Assembly (NCBI GenBank): GCA_035489575.1
Contig: DATHJY010000004.1
Location: 91,483-155,482, forward strand
DNA length: 64,000 nucleotides
Direction of reading: 5' to 3'
Origin: Verrucomicrobiia bacterium
GTDB lineage: Bacteria; Patescibacteriota; Saccharimonadia; Saccharimonadales; JAGQNK01
Shown here: in pieces, positions 44,751 to 54,945 of the stretch
Numbering within the stretch: position 1 is the stretch's first letter
Layout of the letters: each line of letters starts with the position of its first letter
Program-made: the position numbers and the translations under genes
The notes under the pieces: model-generated
Told to the model about the DNA's origin: nothing
Database searches by the model: none
What the model saw: only the letters and a program-made list of their open reading frames with translations

Positions 44751-46559
44751 ATGAGTGTCTTGTCGGCAACCACCCAAAAGCAGGTTGAACAAAGGCTAGT
44801 TGATGACGGGCTCATGACTGACGCCCAAATGCACGACCTAAAAGCCAAGGCCAAGACAGAAGATAAGCCACTGTTTGGCATGCTGGTGGCCGATGGCCAT
44901 ATTAGCAACGAGCAATTAACCAAGACCATTGCTCAAGTTACCAAGGTTCCGTACGTCAACCTGACCAATGTACAGATAGACCCCGAGATATTGTCCTTAC
45001 TATCCCGAGAGATTGCCGACCGCTACATGGCGGTGCCATTGGGTGAGATGCAGCATCGTCTAGTTGTAGCTATGCTAGATGCCGACAACGTGCAGGCAGT
45101 TGACTTCTTGGCCAATAAAATTGGCCGACCGCTCAAAGTCTATGCCGCGTCAGAGGAGGGCGTCCGTAATGTTATCAAGCAGTACGAGGGTGCCAGCATC
45201 GGCAAAGAGATGGCCCAGGCGCTTGAGGAGGGTGGCCTGCAGCAGACTGCAGAAACTCAGACCCGGGTCACCGAGAAGCCCAAAGAAGACAAGAAGAAAA
45301 TTGCCACTATTGTACAGGATTCGCCTATTAGTAAGGCGCTGTCCACCATTCTGGACTATGCTGCCAAAAATCGGGCTAGCGATATCCACATAGAGCCACT
45401 CGAGAAAGAGTTACGCATCCGTTGCCGCATAGATGGCGTCTTACGCGAGATCATGAAACTACCCAAGAGCACCGAACCGCCCCTGGTGTCACGTATCAAG
45501 ATTTTGTCCAACCTCAAGATTGATGAGCACCGTATTCCACAAGACGGTCAATTCACCGTGCATACCAGCGGCAAGGACATTGACTTGCGTATCGCTATCT
45601 CGCCGGTGGTGTGGGGTGAACAGGTTGTGATTCGCTTGCTGGATAAATCAAGTACGAGCTTGCACTTGGAAGAGATGGGATATAAAGGTCGCGCTCTCAG
45701 ATTGATCCGTGAAGGTCTGAAGTCGACTAATGGCATGGTCCTGACCTCTGGACCTACCGGTTCAGGCAAGTCCACCTCTATGTATGCCTTGCTACAAGAG
45801 ATCAAGGACGACAGTATCAACATTGTCACTCTTGAAGATCCTGTAGAGTACAAAATGGCAGGGGTTAACCAGATACAGGTCAATGCCGATGTGGGGCTGA
45901 CGTTTGCCTCGGGCCTGCGGTCTATTCTGCGCCAGGATCCCAACGTGGTGTTGGTGGGGGAGATCCGTGACAAAGAGACCGCCCAGCTAGCCGTGCAGGC
46001 CGCCCTGACCGGACACTTGGTCTTTAGCACGCTTCACACCAATAGTGCTGCTGGCATTTTGCCACGCTTGCTAGACATGGGTATAGAACCGTTCCTCATC
46101 GCTTCTACAGTGCGTACAGTCATTGGCCAGCGACTCGTCCGGCGTATCCCCGATAAGGGCAAAGAGTCCTACCAAAGCGATGCCGCCGAAACAGATGCCA
46201 TCCATAAGACCATAGGCCACCTGTTGCCCGAGAAAGCGTCAGATGTAAAGGCTGTCAGCGACGATATTGGCTATGATAGCTTGCCACTGAAAGGCCAAAG
46301 CGCTTATACTTTGTACAAGGGCGTAGACGGTCCTTCCTCACCAGGGGGTTATAGCGGTAGGATGGGCCTGTATGAAGTATTCAACATAACTGAAGAAATT
46401 CAGGAACTGATACTCAAACAGGCACCCAGTTCAGAAATCCAAGCTATGGCAATCAAACAAGGCATGATCAACATGCGCGAGGATGGCTACTTAAAAGCTT
46501 TGGCCGGATATACAACGTTAACAGAGGTAAATCGTGTTGCTGCATCAGGTAATGCATAA
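44751..46559 (+). CDS. pilB: type IV pilus assembly ATPase PilB (GspE family)
   Basis: T2SSE N-terminal domain, Walker A GPTGSGKST, and Asp/His boxes. Confidence 0.9.
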   Translation: MSVLSATTQKQVEQRLVDDGLMTDAQMHDLKAKAKTEDKPLFGMLVADGHISNEQLTKTIAQVTKVPYVNLTNVQIDPEILSLLSREIADRYMAVPLGEMQHRLVVAMLDADNVQAVDFLANKIGRPLKVYAASEEGVRNVIKQYEGASIGKEMAQALEEGGLQQTAETQTRVTEKPKEDKKKIATIVQDSPISKALSTILDYAAKNRASDIHIEPLEKELRIRCRIDGVLREIMKLPKSTEPPLVSRIKILSNLKIDEHRIPQDGQFTVHTSGKDIDLRIAISPVVWGEQVVIRLLDKSSTSLHLEEMGYKGRALRLIREGLKSTNGMVLTSGPTGSGKSTSMYALLQEIKDDSINIVTLEDPVEYKMAGVNQIQVNADVGLTFASGLRSILRQDPNVVLVGEIRDKETAQLAVQAALTGHLVFSTLHTNSAAGILPRLLDMGIEPFLIASTVRTVIGQRLVRRIPDKGKESYQSDAAETDAIHKTIGHLLPEKASDVKAVSDDIGYDSLPLKGQSAYTLYKGVDGPSSPGGYSGRMGLYEVFNITEEIQELILKQAPSSEIQAMAIKQGMINMREDGYLKALAGYTTLTEVNRVAASGNA

Positions 46560-46582
46560 ACCAAAGAGGTGGGAAACTAGGT

Positions 46583-47647
46583 ATGGCACAGCCAAGAATT
46601 GAAGTACTTCTAGAGGAAGTTATAAAGAAGAAGGCGTCTGACCTTCACTTGCAGGTTGGTCTGCCACCAATGCTGCGTGTTGATGGCGCTCTACTTCCGG
46701 TAACTTCAGCGGATATACTGACCGAAGAATCAGTCGAAGCGCTTGTTTTTGCTATTCTGGACGAAGACCAAAAACAGATCTTGCTCAAGGACAAAGAGTT
46801 CGACTTTAGTTTCGCCTTTGGTGATCTAGGCCGTTTCCGTGTAAACGCTTTCCACGAGCGCGGCAACCTGGCTAGCGCCTTGCGTCTTATTCCAAACGAA
46901 ATCTTGACCACCGAACAACTGGGTCTGCCACCTATCGTTAATAAATTTGCGGATTACCCCCGGGGCTTGGTGCTAGTAACTGGCCCAACTGGCTCTGGTA
47001 AATCCACAACCCTGGCAGCTCTGATACATAAGATCAATATGGAACGTGCTGCACACATTGTGACCATCGAAGATCCTATCGAGTTTACTCATGCCTCTAA
47101 GAAGTCGGTCATTGTACAGCGCGAAGTCCACTATGACACCTACTCATTCTCGGCTGCTCTGCGCAGTAGTCTCCGCCAAGACCCAGATGTCGTGCTCATC
47201 GGTGAGATGCGTGACCTAGAGACCATTGCCGCCGCTATTACCATCGCCGAGACTGGCCACTTGGTGTTTGCAACTCTGCACACCAACAGTGCCAGCCAGA
47301 GTATCGACCGCATGATAGACGTTTTCCCGCCACACCAGCAGCCACAGATCCGTGCACAGCTATCTAATATCCTCATGGCCATTGTGGCGCAGCGGCTCAT
47401 GCCGGCCATTGGCGGGGGTCGCGTTGCAGCAGCCGAGATTTTGGTGGCGACTCCAGCCGTGCGCAATATTATCCGCGAAGGCAAGAGTCACCAGCTAGAG
47501 GCTGTCATCCAGACCGGTGCCGAGTTCGGTATGCAGTCCATGGACAAGACACTGGTTAGCATGATTCACAACGGTACGGTTACCTACGACGAAGCACGTA
47601 TGATCGCAGTAGATATAGACGAATTAGACAGGTTGATGAGGAGCTAA
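46583..47647 (+). CDS. pilT: twitching-motility retraction ATPase PilT
   Basis: ASDLHL, GPTGSGKSTTL, IGEMRDLETI and GHLVFATLHTN, at 354 aa. Confidence 0.9.
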   Translation: MAQPRIEVLLEEVIKKKASDLHLQVGLPPMLRVDGALLPVTSADILTEESVEALVFAILDEDQKQILLKDKEFDFSFAFGDLGRFRVNAFHERGNLASALRLIPNEILTTEQLGLPPIVNKFADYPRGLVLVTGPTGSGKSTTLAALIHKINMERAAHIVTIEDPIEFTHASKKSVIVQREVHYDTYSFSAALRSSLRQDPDVVLIGEMRDLETIAAAITIAETGHLVFATLHTNSASQSIDRMIDVFPPHQQPQIRAQLSNILMAIVAQRLMPAIGGGRVAAAEILVATPAVRNIIREGKSHQLEAVIQTGAEFGMQSMDKTLVSMIHNGTVTYDEARMIAVDIDELDRLMRS

Positions 47648-47662
47648 CAGGTATAACACACT

Positions 47663-48886
47663 ATGCTGTCATATAAATACACTGCCCGCGATGCCGCGAC
47701 AGGCAAAAAAGTCTCGGCCGAGGTACAGGCCAGCAGCGAGCAAGCTGCCGCCAAACTGCTACGCGACCAAGGACTATCTCCGATAGAGATCAAGCCGATG
47801 GTAGGGGGGCTTGGTAATCCGCTATCCAAGTTCAAGAATCGCATACGGGCCAAAGACAAAATTTTGTTCTCGCGCCAGATGTCGACACTCCTAAATGCCG
47901 GCTTGCCGCTCCTGCAATCACTACGCACTGTGGCAAATCAGACCCAGAACAAAGCCTTCAAGATTGTCATCATGGAGGTTATCAGCGATATCGAGGCCGG
48001 GTCAGCACTGTCCGTGGCACTGGGCAAATACCCCAACGTTTTTAACAAGATCTATATCAGCCTGGTAGCCGCAGGCGAGGTGTCTGGTACGCTCGACAAA
48101 TCCCTGGAGCGCTTGGCCACCCAGCAAGAAAAAGACGCCGAGCTCATCAGCAAGGTGCGTGGTGCCATGGTCTATCCGATCATCGTGTTGGTGGTTATGG
48201 GCGCGGTGGTAACCTTCATGCTGGTCACGGTGATGCCTCAGGTAAAAGAGCTCTACGCCGGCCTTGGCAGCGGGGCGCAGCTGCCATTGGTAACGCGTGC
48301 CATGCTGCTAATATCCGACATGATGACCAAGTATTGGTATATCCTCGTTATTGTCGCGATCATTGGCGGATTCTTCTTTAGCCGATGGGCTCGAACGCTT
48401 GGGGGCAAGCGAGTAGTAGACCGCGTTAAAATGCACGGGCCACTACTGGGGCCGCTCTTCATGAAGATGTATATGGCTCGTTTTGCGCGTACCGGCGCCA
48501 CCTTGGTCTCTAGCGGCGTACCGCTCATTCAGGTGCTCGAAATTACCTCTGACAGCATCAATAACTTCCATATAGAGGCCTCGCTTCATCGGGCCATAGA
48601 GAAAGTAAAAGGCGGCAAAGCCTTGTCAGAAACGTTGACCAACGACCCGAATTTCCTGACTCTGGTGCCAGACATGCTTCGTATTGGTGAGCAGTCCGGT
48701 GCTATAGAGCAAATGCTAGCCAAAACGGCCGACTACTATGAAAAAGAAGTAGACAACCAGGTAAAGACCATTTCTACTATTATCGAGCCCATCATGATGG
48801 TTCTGCTGGGCGTCATTGCCTTCATTATTGTTGCTGCCGTGCTGTTACCAATTTATAGCCTGGCAGGCAAAGGCATTAGTGTTTAG
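47663..48886 (+). CDS. pilC: type IV pilus platform protein PilC (GspF family)
   Basis: Duplicated T2SSF domains and three TM regions. Confidence 0.9.
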   Translation: MLSYKYTARDAATGKKVSAEVQASSEQAAAKLLRDQGLSPIEIKPMVGGLGNPLSKFKNRIRAKDKILFSRQMSTLLNAGLPLLQSLRTVANQTQNKAFKIVIMEVISDIEAGSALSVALGKYPNVFNKIYISLVAAGEVSGTLDKSLERLATQQEKDAELISKVRGAMVYPIIVLVVMGAVVTFMLVTVMPQVKELYAGLGSGAQLPLVTRAMLLISDMMTKYWYILVIVAIIGGFFFSRWARTLGGKRVVDRVKMHGPLLGPLFMKMYMARFARTGATLVSSGVPLIQVLEITSDSINNFHIEASLHRAIEKVKGGKALSETLTNDPNFLTLVPDMLRIGEQSGAIEQMLAKTADYYEKEVDNQVKTISTIIEPIMMVLLGVIAFIIVAAVLLPIYSLAGKGISV

Positions 48887-48898
48887 GGTCAATTTTAA

Positions 48899-48926
48899 CA
48901 GGGGTGGCAGTTTTCCACGGCCCCTG
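48899..48926 (+). terminator. hairpin between pilC and the pilin gene (possible attenuator/terminator)
   Basis: caggggtgg...ccacggcccctg forms an imperfect stem. No clear T-run follows. Confidence 0.3.
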
Positions 48927-49023
48927 CTAAATGGTCGACAAAATGCTTGTGTTTTTTTACCCAACAGTTTATTATCCGTTCATGAGCAACAATAAATAGT
49001 GTACCTAGGGGGGCAAATACGCT

Positions 49024-49467
49024 ATGTATCAAAAATTTAGTAAACAAAAAGAGGGTTTCACCATCATCGAAGTCTTGATCGTGCTGGCTATTGCTGGCTT
49101 GATCATGCTGATTGTCTTCCTCGCAGTTCCAGCTTTGCAGCGTAATTCACGCAACAATGCACGCAACAACGATGCTTCACGCCTCGCTTCGTCTATCACT
49201 GAGTGTCTGTCTAACCACAATGGTAACAAGGCTGTATGTAACAACTCAGTGACGGGCAACATTCAGCCCGGCACCCTGAGCCAATTGACCTATTCCGGTA
49301 CGTTTAGTGATGGTGTGGCACTTGGAGCTGGTACAACATCTACAGTGGCAATCGGTTTCCAGCGTACTTGTAATACGTCTGGCGATGACGACATAGCTGG
49401 CGGTGTACGCGAGTTTGCTGTTATGTTCCAGATTGAAAACGCGGTTAACCGTTGTATAGCCTCCTAG
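49024..49467 (+). CDS. type IV pilin (prepilin with class III signal)
   Basis: KQKEG|FTIIEVLIVLAIAGLIMLIVF gives a G-1/F+1/E+5 cleavage and methylation motif. C-terminal Cys pair. Confidence 0.85.
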   Translation: MYQKFSKQKEGFTIIEVLIVLAIAGLIMLIVFLAVPALQRNSRNNARNNDASRLASSITECLSNHNGNKAVCNNSVTGNIQPGTLSQLTYSGTFSDGVALGAGTTSTVAIGFQRTCNTSGDDDIAGGVREFAVMFQIENAVNRCIAS

Positions 49468-49544
49468 GATAGCAGTGAGTCTAGTCGAACAGTCCTACTA
49501 ACGTGGGACTGTTTTTGCTACAGGCTTCTTGTATAGTAATAACC

Positions 49545-50372
49545 ATGACTTTTTTGATCCTGCTGCTACTAGGATTGTGTTTTGGTAGTTTTGTAAACGC
49601 GCTAGTGTGGCGCTTGCATCAACAAGAAACGCGTACCTCTCTTAGTAAAAAACAAAGAAAAGATCTCTCCATACTACAGGGGAGGTCCATGTGCGTGCAT
49701 TGCCATCACACCTTGGCCTGGTACGATCTGTTGCCGGTGGTAAGCTGGCTCAGTCTGCGCGGTCGCTGTCGCTACTGCCAAAAGGCCGTCAGTTGGCAGT
49801 ACCCGGTCGTAGAGCTCCTGACGGCCGCGACATTCATCGGTTCTTATATGGCCTGGCCTTACGGTTGGGACGGTGCTGGTATCACGCCGTTTGGACTGTG
49901 GCTGGTATTTCTGGTGGGCTTTATGGCCCTGGCCGTCTATGACTTACGCTGGATGGAGCTACCCAACAGACTGGTGTACCCGCTTATCGTCCTGGCGGTG
50001 GTGCAGGTGCTGGTAAAGGCGGCGGCCTACCAAGACCTGCAGAGTGCTGTTGCCGGAGCCTTCTGGGGCTTCCTGGTCATTGGGGGGCTATTCTATGCCT
50101 TGTTCCAGATATCCGGGGGCAAGTGGATCGGTGGCGGTGATGTCAAACTAGCTTTCATGATAGGTCCGCTGGTGGGCGGCCCAGTAGCAAGCCTGCTGGT
50201 TATCTTCCTAGCCTCTTGCCTGGGCAGTCTGGTATCTTTGCCGCTCATTGCTCGCAAGTCGCTCAAGGCCACTAGCCGCATACCATTTGGTCCATTTTTG
50301 CTAGCGGCAACTGTCGTTGTCTATACCTACGGCGACAGAATAGCCGACTGGTACACGAGTATGTTCCTATAG
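49545..50372 (+). CDS. pilD: prepilin peptidase / N-methyltransferase PilD (A24 family)
   Basis: CVHCHHTL...RGRCRYCQ zinc motif, plus the catalytic Asp motifs AVYDLRWMELP and GGGDVKL. Confidence 0.85.
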   Translation: MTFLILLLLGLCFGSFVNALVWRLHQQETRTSLSKKQRKDLSILQGRSMCVHCHHTLAWYDLLPVVSWLSLRGRCRYCQKAVSWQYPVVELLTAATFIGSYMAWPYGWDGAGITPFGLWLVFLVGFMALAVYDLRWMELPNRLVYPLIVLAVVQVLVKAAAYQDLQSAVAGAFWGFLVIGGLFYALFQISGGKWIGGGDVKLAFMIGPLVGGPVASLLVIFLASCLGSLVSLPLIARKSLKATSRIPFGPFLLAATVVVYTYGDRIADWYTSMFL

Positions 50373-50390
50373 AAATGTAACCTTTAGGCT

Positions 50391-50768
50391 ATGTCTTTTG
50401 CTATAGTTTTAGGTATGGCTGCTAAGCAAAAGAATTCCACGCTTACCAAAGAAGTATATATGGCTTATTTGACCGGGGTTGTGGTTGTTATTTTCGCGTT
50501 GCAGATGCTTTGTATACCCTTAATTTATTTTTTCTGGAGATCGGACGGCGGAGTGCCAATGAGTGGTCTCATTACTGTGCCGGCTACTGTCATTCTCTAT
50601 ATCGTCTTAGGGGCTGTTAACGTACCGCTACTTATCTGGCATGGTATTAAGAATGATAAGAATGCAGATGAGTTTACGAGAAGGATTGGGTGGGCTTTGC
50701 TTATTCTGAGCCCAGCAATTACTTTTATCGCTGCTCTGGTTGCGTATTTGATTTGGGGGACTGACTAG
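50391..50768 (+). CDS. hypothetical polytopic membrane protein (125 aa)
   Basis: Three to four hydrophobic helices. It follows pilD. Confidence 0.45.
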   Translation: MSFAIVLGMAAKQKNSTLTKEVYMAYLTGVVVVIFALQMLCIPLIYFFWRSDGGVPMSGLITVPATVILYIVLGAVNVPLLIWHGIKNDKNADEFTRRIGWALLILSPAITFIAALVAYLIWGTD

Positions 50769-50967
50769 AAAGGGTAGGCTCACACATTTCTTATCCAAAG
50801 AAGTGGAGTGAGCACTTGTCAGTTTTTACAGCGTTGCCTTACCGCAATCCACCCCTCAGGGTGGGATGAACTCCGGTAAAGCAGATGAGTGGGGCTGTTC
50901 GGGCGATTAAATCGACCAAACCTCTCATCTGACGCCGGGATTTCCGACGGTTACTAACTAGCTATCC

Positions 50968-52764
50968 CTATCTGATGCACCTTGCATCTTCGTAGCCGTC
51001 ATATCGCAACAACCCTAACTGACGAGCTCCTTCGATCCTTTCATCGGAATAGTGACCAGGGGCAATTCTCCAGCCTACATAGTCGAGGCCAGGAGGCGGG
51101 TTCTGCCAGCAGTCCAACATCCATGGATCTGTTATGAGGGTCAGGGTATAGGCGTAGGTTGCGCCGTCTGATGCAGAGTATTGCGGTGCGCCCCTGGTCC
51201 GGTGGAGCCACAGATTGCCGTGGTCGTCATAGGCCGCGCCAATTGTCCAGGAGCAGTCATCGTCGTACACTACACCCCCTGTGTCCTGGTACTCCTCCAG
51301 CGCTTGCGCTGGAACCGTAAAGACCTTCGCACCTCGACCCGCAAAACAGTTTGCGCTTGGTACGTGGTTGGGGTCTCCGTCGTGCCACCAGATCCGTGTT
51401 CGATACTTCTCGCCATTCGGCCCGTAGCTTATGACCCACGAATTTTCGTAGTCATAGGGTGACCACCCTGATCCTAATGATCCGTCCAGGATGTCACCGG
51501 CTCGCGGAACGCTCAGGTTGCATCCGGGTTGGCCTGGCAGGTCAGGGTAGGGCGCTGCGTTGGTTGCGGCGTCGAAGACCTGGCTGGGGTTCTTCCACGA
51601 GATCAGCTTGTACTGCCCGTTGGGCTGCTGACACCTGGCAAAGTCGGCCGTCACCTTCCACAGCTTGCCGGTGCTGTCCAGCGCGTACCACTGGTCGTCG
51701 ACCTTGGTCAACGACATCTTGGGGTAGTCCGCCCTGATACGATCGTTCAGTAGCTGCTGAACGACGGGCAACTGGTACAGCTCTTGGGCAGTAGCGGCGT
51801 GGCCTGCAGCACTTGGGTGGAACCACTCGTGGCGATACACCGAAGAACCCGGCGAACGGATCCAAGGCTCAGCGCTACCGCTGATGCCGTGACCGTCGTA
51901 GATCCCATCGTTGTTCTGGGTGTGCAACGGCAAGAAGCCAAAGCGGCCAGAGCTGGAAATGTTGAGATTGTCGATCAGCTCCTGCTGTTCGGCATTGAGC
52001 AGATTCAGACCAGCCTCCAGACGTTGACCAGGATAGATGGCTCCGCCGCATCCCGGACAGGGAATAGACGCTTCGTCTTCCTCTGAGAACAACGGATAGC
52101 CCACCAGCACGATCTTGGTGCCGGGGAACTCGTTCTTGAGCTTGTTCAGTGCCGCCAGCATGCGAGCCTGGATGACGCTGTACTGTCCGGGCGAGTCCAT
52201 CATGGCCTCGGCAGCGTCAAAATCCGCGTCACAACTTGGTCCGAAGGGAACCAAGTAGCAGTGCACGAGCATGGAGGCAAACCCCAGGTCATTGCCCCCA
52301 ATGCTGAGGGTGATCAGATCCACCTCGGCCCGCTGTTCGGGTGTAAAACCATCTATCTGAGGCGGGTTCCCATTGGTACCGGTGATGTTCTCGGTGATGT
52401 CACCGGTGCACGCTGCGTTAACATACGCACCACTGCTCCCAAGCAACCGGTACAGCACCTCGCTGTAATTGTTGTGGTTGCGGTAGCAGCCCCGGTCCGG
52501 GTCGGGATCACTGGGGCTGGTGGTCGGTCGCTGACGGACCAGTGAGATGTTGCGGGGGTCGTCCGGGCTTTTGTCACTGTTGTAGTAACCATCAGAGCCA
52601 TCGCTCGTCGCGTTGTTCCCGGCTGTGTAGCTGTCACCAACTGCCAGAATGTCGATATAGGCACTGGGGCCGTTCTCGTCGTGGCTCGGGAGTTCTCGAC
52701 AGCTGACGGTTGCAAATAGCACGGTTGCCGCAAGAGCAACCAATCTTACCCGTGTGCGGGTCAA
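50968..52764 (-). CDS. secreted SGNH/GDSL-family hydrolase with ~250-aa C-terminal extension, high-GC gene
   Basis: Signal peptide. SGNH blocks are ILAVGDSYTAGNN (block I), SIGGNDLGF (block III) and WFHPSAAGH (block V-like). Opposite strand and higher GC than the flanking pilus genes. Confidence 0.7.
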   Translation of the reverse strand: MTRTRVRLVALAATVLFATVSCRELPSHDENGPSAYIDILAVGDSYTAGNNATSDGSDGYYNSDKSPDDPRNISLVRQRPTTSPSDPDPDRGCYRNHNNYSEVLYRLLGSSGAYVNAACTGDITENITGTNGNPPQIDGFTPEQRAEVDLITLSIGGNDLGFASMLVHCYLVPFGPSCDADFDAAEAMMDSPGQYSVIQARMLAALNKLKNEFPGTKIVLVGYPLFSEEDEASIPCPGCGGAIYPGQRLEAGLNLLNAEQQELIDNLNISSSGRFGFLPLHTQNNDGIYDGHGISGSAEPWIRSPGSSVYRHEWFHPSAAGHAATAQELYQLPVVQQLLNDRIRADYPKMSLTKVDDQWYALDSTGKLWKVTADFARCQQPNGQYKLISWKNPSQVFDAATNAAPYPDLPGQPGCNLSVPRAGDILDGSLGSGWSPYDYENSWVISYGPNGEKYRTRIWWHDGDPNHVPSANCFAGRGAKVFTVPAQALEEYQDTGGVVYDDDCSWTIGAAYDDHGNLWLHRTRGAPQYSASDGATYAYTLTLITDPWMLDCWQNPPPGLDYVGWRIAPGHYSDERIEGARQLGLLRYDGYEDARCIR

Positions 52765-52965
52765 CGTTCCTCCTAAAGGAAGTTGTAGGAAAGAGAACTA
52801 GCAAATTGTTAACGTGCAATGCGAGAATTGTGGACTATGGCCATTTCCTCTGGTACTTGATACTACTCAAACATTGTCGATAGGCAACTATATCATCTTT
52901 ACGCTCTTTTTACTAACGGTATTATGCAAAAAAAGTGACTCCAAACACCTGTCAGTTTTAGTGCT

Positions 52966-52978
52966 TATGCTATATACT
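52966..52978 (+). promoter_or_regulatory. extended -10 element (TATGCTATATACT) just upstream of minor-pilin operon ATG
   Basis: The recurrent motif ends 7-9 nt before the ATG at 52986. Confidence 0.4.
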
Positions 52979-52985
52979 TGGTGAC

Positions 52986-53876
52986 ATGAAGATGGGTGGC
53001 AGGGGACACCATGCACTAAGTTTTGGCCATGGCTATACCGTTGTAGAAGTCATGATATTTTTAGCCATTACATCGGCCTTGTTCGTCATGGTTGTCATTA
53101 GCTTCCAGGGCCAACAGGGCAAGACACAGTTTACTACCTCGGCCCGGGACATGGAGTCACGCGTTCAGGATATTATCAACGATGTTGCTACTGGTTTTCC
53201 GGGTAGCGATGGCAGTTTCCGTTGCACGCTTGGGGGTGGCAAGCCGCAGATCACGGCGATTGCCCCTAATATTGATACCATCGGTACCAATACTGCCTGT
53301 ATATATATTGGTAAGGTATTGCAGCCCTCGATAGCCGGTGATCCTGATAACTACGCAGTCTATCCTATAGTTGGCTTGCGGCAGATAGCGGGTAGTAGCA
53401 AACTAGCTACTAGCTTTGCAGAATCGCAGCCTATCGCTATCGCTCCTCCGAGTAGTCCAGATGTGGATCTGACAGATAAAGATCGTTTACCGGTTGGGGT
53501 TACGATTGCTCGCATGACTTATGATCGTGGTGGAACTAAGCAGGATATTGATGGCATCGGATTTTTCAGCACACTTGGGTCGTACACTGGGGGTGCTATC
53601 GATACCATAAGACCAGGCGCATTAAGCGTATACATGGTGCCGCTAAATGGCGACAGCGCACCTTCCAATATTTCTGAAAATGATCTGGTTCAGCACATAG
53701 ACGATACGCTCAACTATAGCGATAATGATCTAATTAAATTTTTCATTGAAGCACTAAAGGGCAGCGTTGTAATTTGTATGAATAGCGACAGCAGTAACCA
53801 GCATGCAGTGTTAAAGATTGGTGGCGATGGCCAACAGCTGACAACAGATTTGGAGATATTTAATGATAAGTGTTAA
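52986..53876 (+). CDS. minor pilin / pseudopilin (296 aa)
   Basis: FGHG|YTVVEVMIFLAITSALFVMVVISF is a class III signal with E+5. Confidence 0.6.
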   Translation: MKMGGRGHHALSFGHGYTVVEVMIFLAITSALFVMVVISFQGQQGKTQFTTSARDMESRVQDIINDVATGFPGSDGSFRCTLGGGKPQITAIAPNIDTIGTNTACIYIGKVLQPSIAGDPDNYAVYPIVGLRQIAGSSKLATSFAESQPIAIAPPSSPDVDLTDKDRLPVGVTIARMTYDRGGTKQDIDGIGFFSTLGSYTGGAIDTIRPGALSVYMVPLNGDSAPSNISENDLVQHIDDTLNYSDNDLIKFFIEALKGSVVICMNSDSSNQHAVLKIGGDGQQLTTDLEIFNDKC

Positions 53877-54312
53877 ACGGCTTGGATCACGCGGCGATAC
53901 AATCGTAGAGGTGTTATTGGCAATTGCGGTTGCCACTGCGGTACTGGGCGGTGCCTATGCTTCTTCTAAGAACTCTCTGGCTGGTACGCGCCGCAGCCAA
54001 GAGCGCGGTGAGGCTCTGAAATTGCTAGGTGGGCAGCTGGAAAGACTCAAGGAAGGGGCCAAAGACACCTCTGGTATCAATATTTTTACCGGCACTAATC
54101 CTTTCTGTATTGTGACCGTGGCTACCCCAACTGTCAGGCAAGACTTAGTGGCCAGCACTAATCCCGCCTGTCGGCAGGGTGTTGGTGGGCGCTATGCCTT
54201 ATCACTAAATCGCACGGCGCCTAATACCTTTATGGCCACAGCTGTGTGGGACCGGGTTGGTGGCGGCGGTTCAGATCAAATACAAATGGTGTATAGGGTA
54301 TACGATGAGTAA
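53863..54312 (+). CDS. minor pilin / pseudopilin (149 aa)
   Basis: GSRG|DTIVEVLLAIAVATAVLGG is a class III signal with E+5. It overlaps the upstream gene by 14 nt. Confidence 0.6.
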   Translation: MISVKRLGSRGDTIVEVLLAIAVATAVLGGAYASSKNSLAGTRRSQERGEALKLLGGQLERLKEGAKDTSGINIFTGTNPFCIVTVATPTVRQDLVASTNPACRQGVGGRYALSLNRTAPNTFMATAVWDRVGGGGSDQIQMVYRVYDE

Positions 54313-54943
54313 ACAGTTACGCCAAAAAGGCTTTACCATTGTAGAGCTCATGATAGCCACTAGTGTGTTCTCGGTTATTTTGCTGATCATGACCTATGGC
54401 ATTCTTCAGATCAGCCGGACGTATTACAAAGGTATTGGCTTGGCTCGTACTCAGGAAGTAGCCCGGACCATTAGTGACGAGATTGGGCAGTCTATCCAGT
54501 TTGGCGGGGACAGCGTGGTTATGGCTCAAGCCCTGGACACAACTCAGGGACGTTGCATAGGTGGCCGAGAGTTTAGCTACTTGCCGTATCGCCAGGTGGC
54601 TCAGTCGCCCATTGCGCCGCAGGCCCGACATGCTATGGTCGTTCGCGATAACGTTGCTTGTGGTGCCACCGCACAGCCGCTAGCTAACGCCGATGCCACG
54701 GGACGCGAGCTAGTGCCAGACCGCATGCGGCTGACAGCCCTGTCGATAACTCGCGTGGGCACCTCGGACCTCTATGATGTCCAGGTTGGCGTGGGGTATG
54801 GTGATACCTCGGTATTTACGGACCGAAATGGTGATGGCCAAATAAACGGGTCAGATGCACCCATTGAATGTCGAAACGATAGAGGTTCTCAGTTTTGCGC
54901 CACATCAGAACTTAACACAGTCGTACAAAAGAGGGTAAAATAA
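54305..54943 (+). CDS. minor pilin / pseudopilin (212 aa)
   Basis: The ATG at 54305 gives MSKQLRQKG|FTIVELMIATSVFSVILL. Confidence 0.65.
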   Translation: MSKQLRQKGFTIVELMIATSVFSVILLIMTYGILQISRTYYKGIGLARTQEVARTISDEIGQSIQFGGDSVVMAQALDTTQGRCIGGREFSYLPYRQVAQSPIAPQARHAMVVRDNVACGATAQPLANADATGRELVPDRMRLTALSITRVGTSDLYDVQVGVGYGDTSVFTDRNGDGQINGSDAPIECRNDRGSQFCATSELNTVVQKRVK

Positions 54944-54945
54944 CC

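Noticed and set aside
50813-52959. Possible direct repeats flanking the SGNH gene (cacttgtcagtttt at 50813-50826 and cacctgtcagtttt at 52946-52959) as a target duplication or att site.
   Set aside because: The match is only 13/14 with weak extension, which is within chance expectation. The insertion argument rests on strand, position and composition instead.
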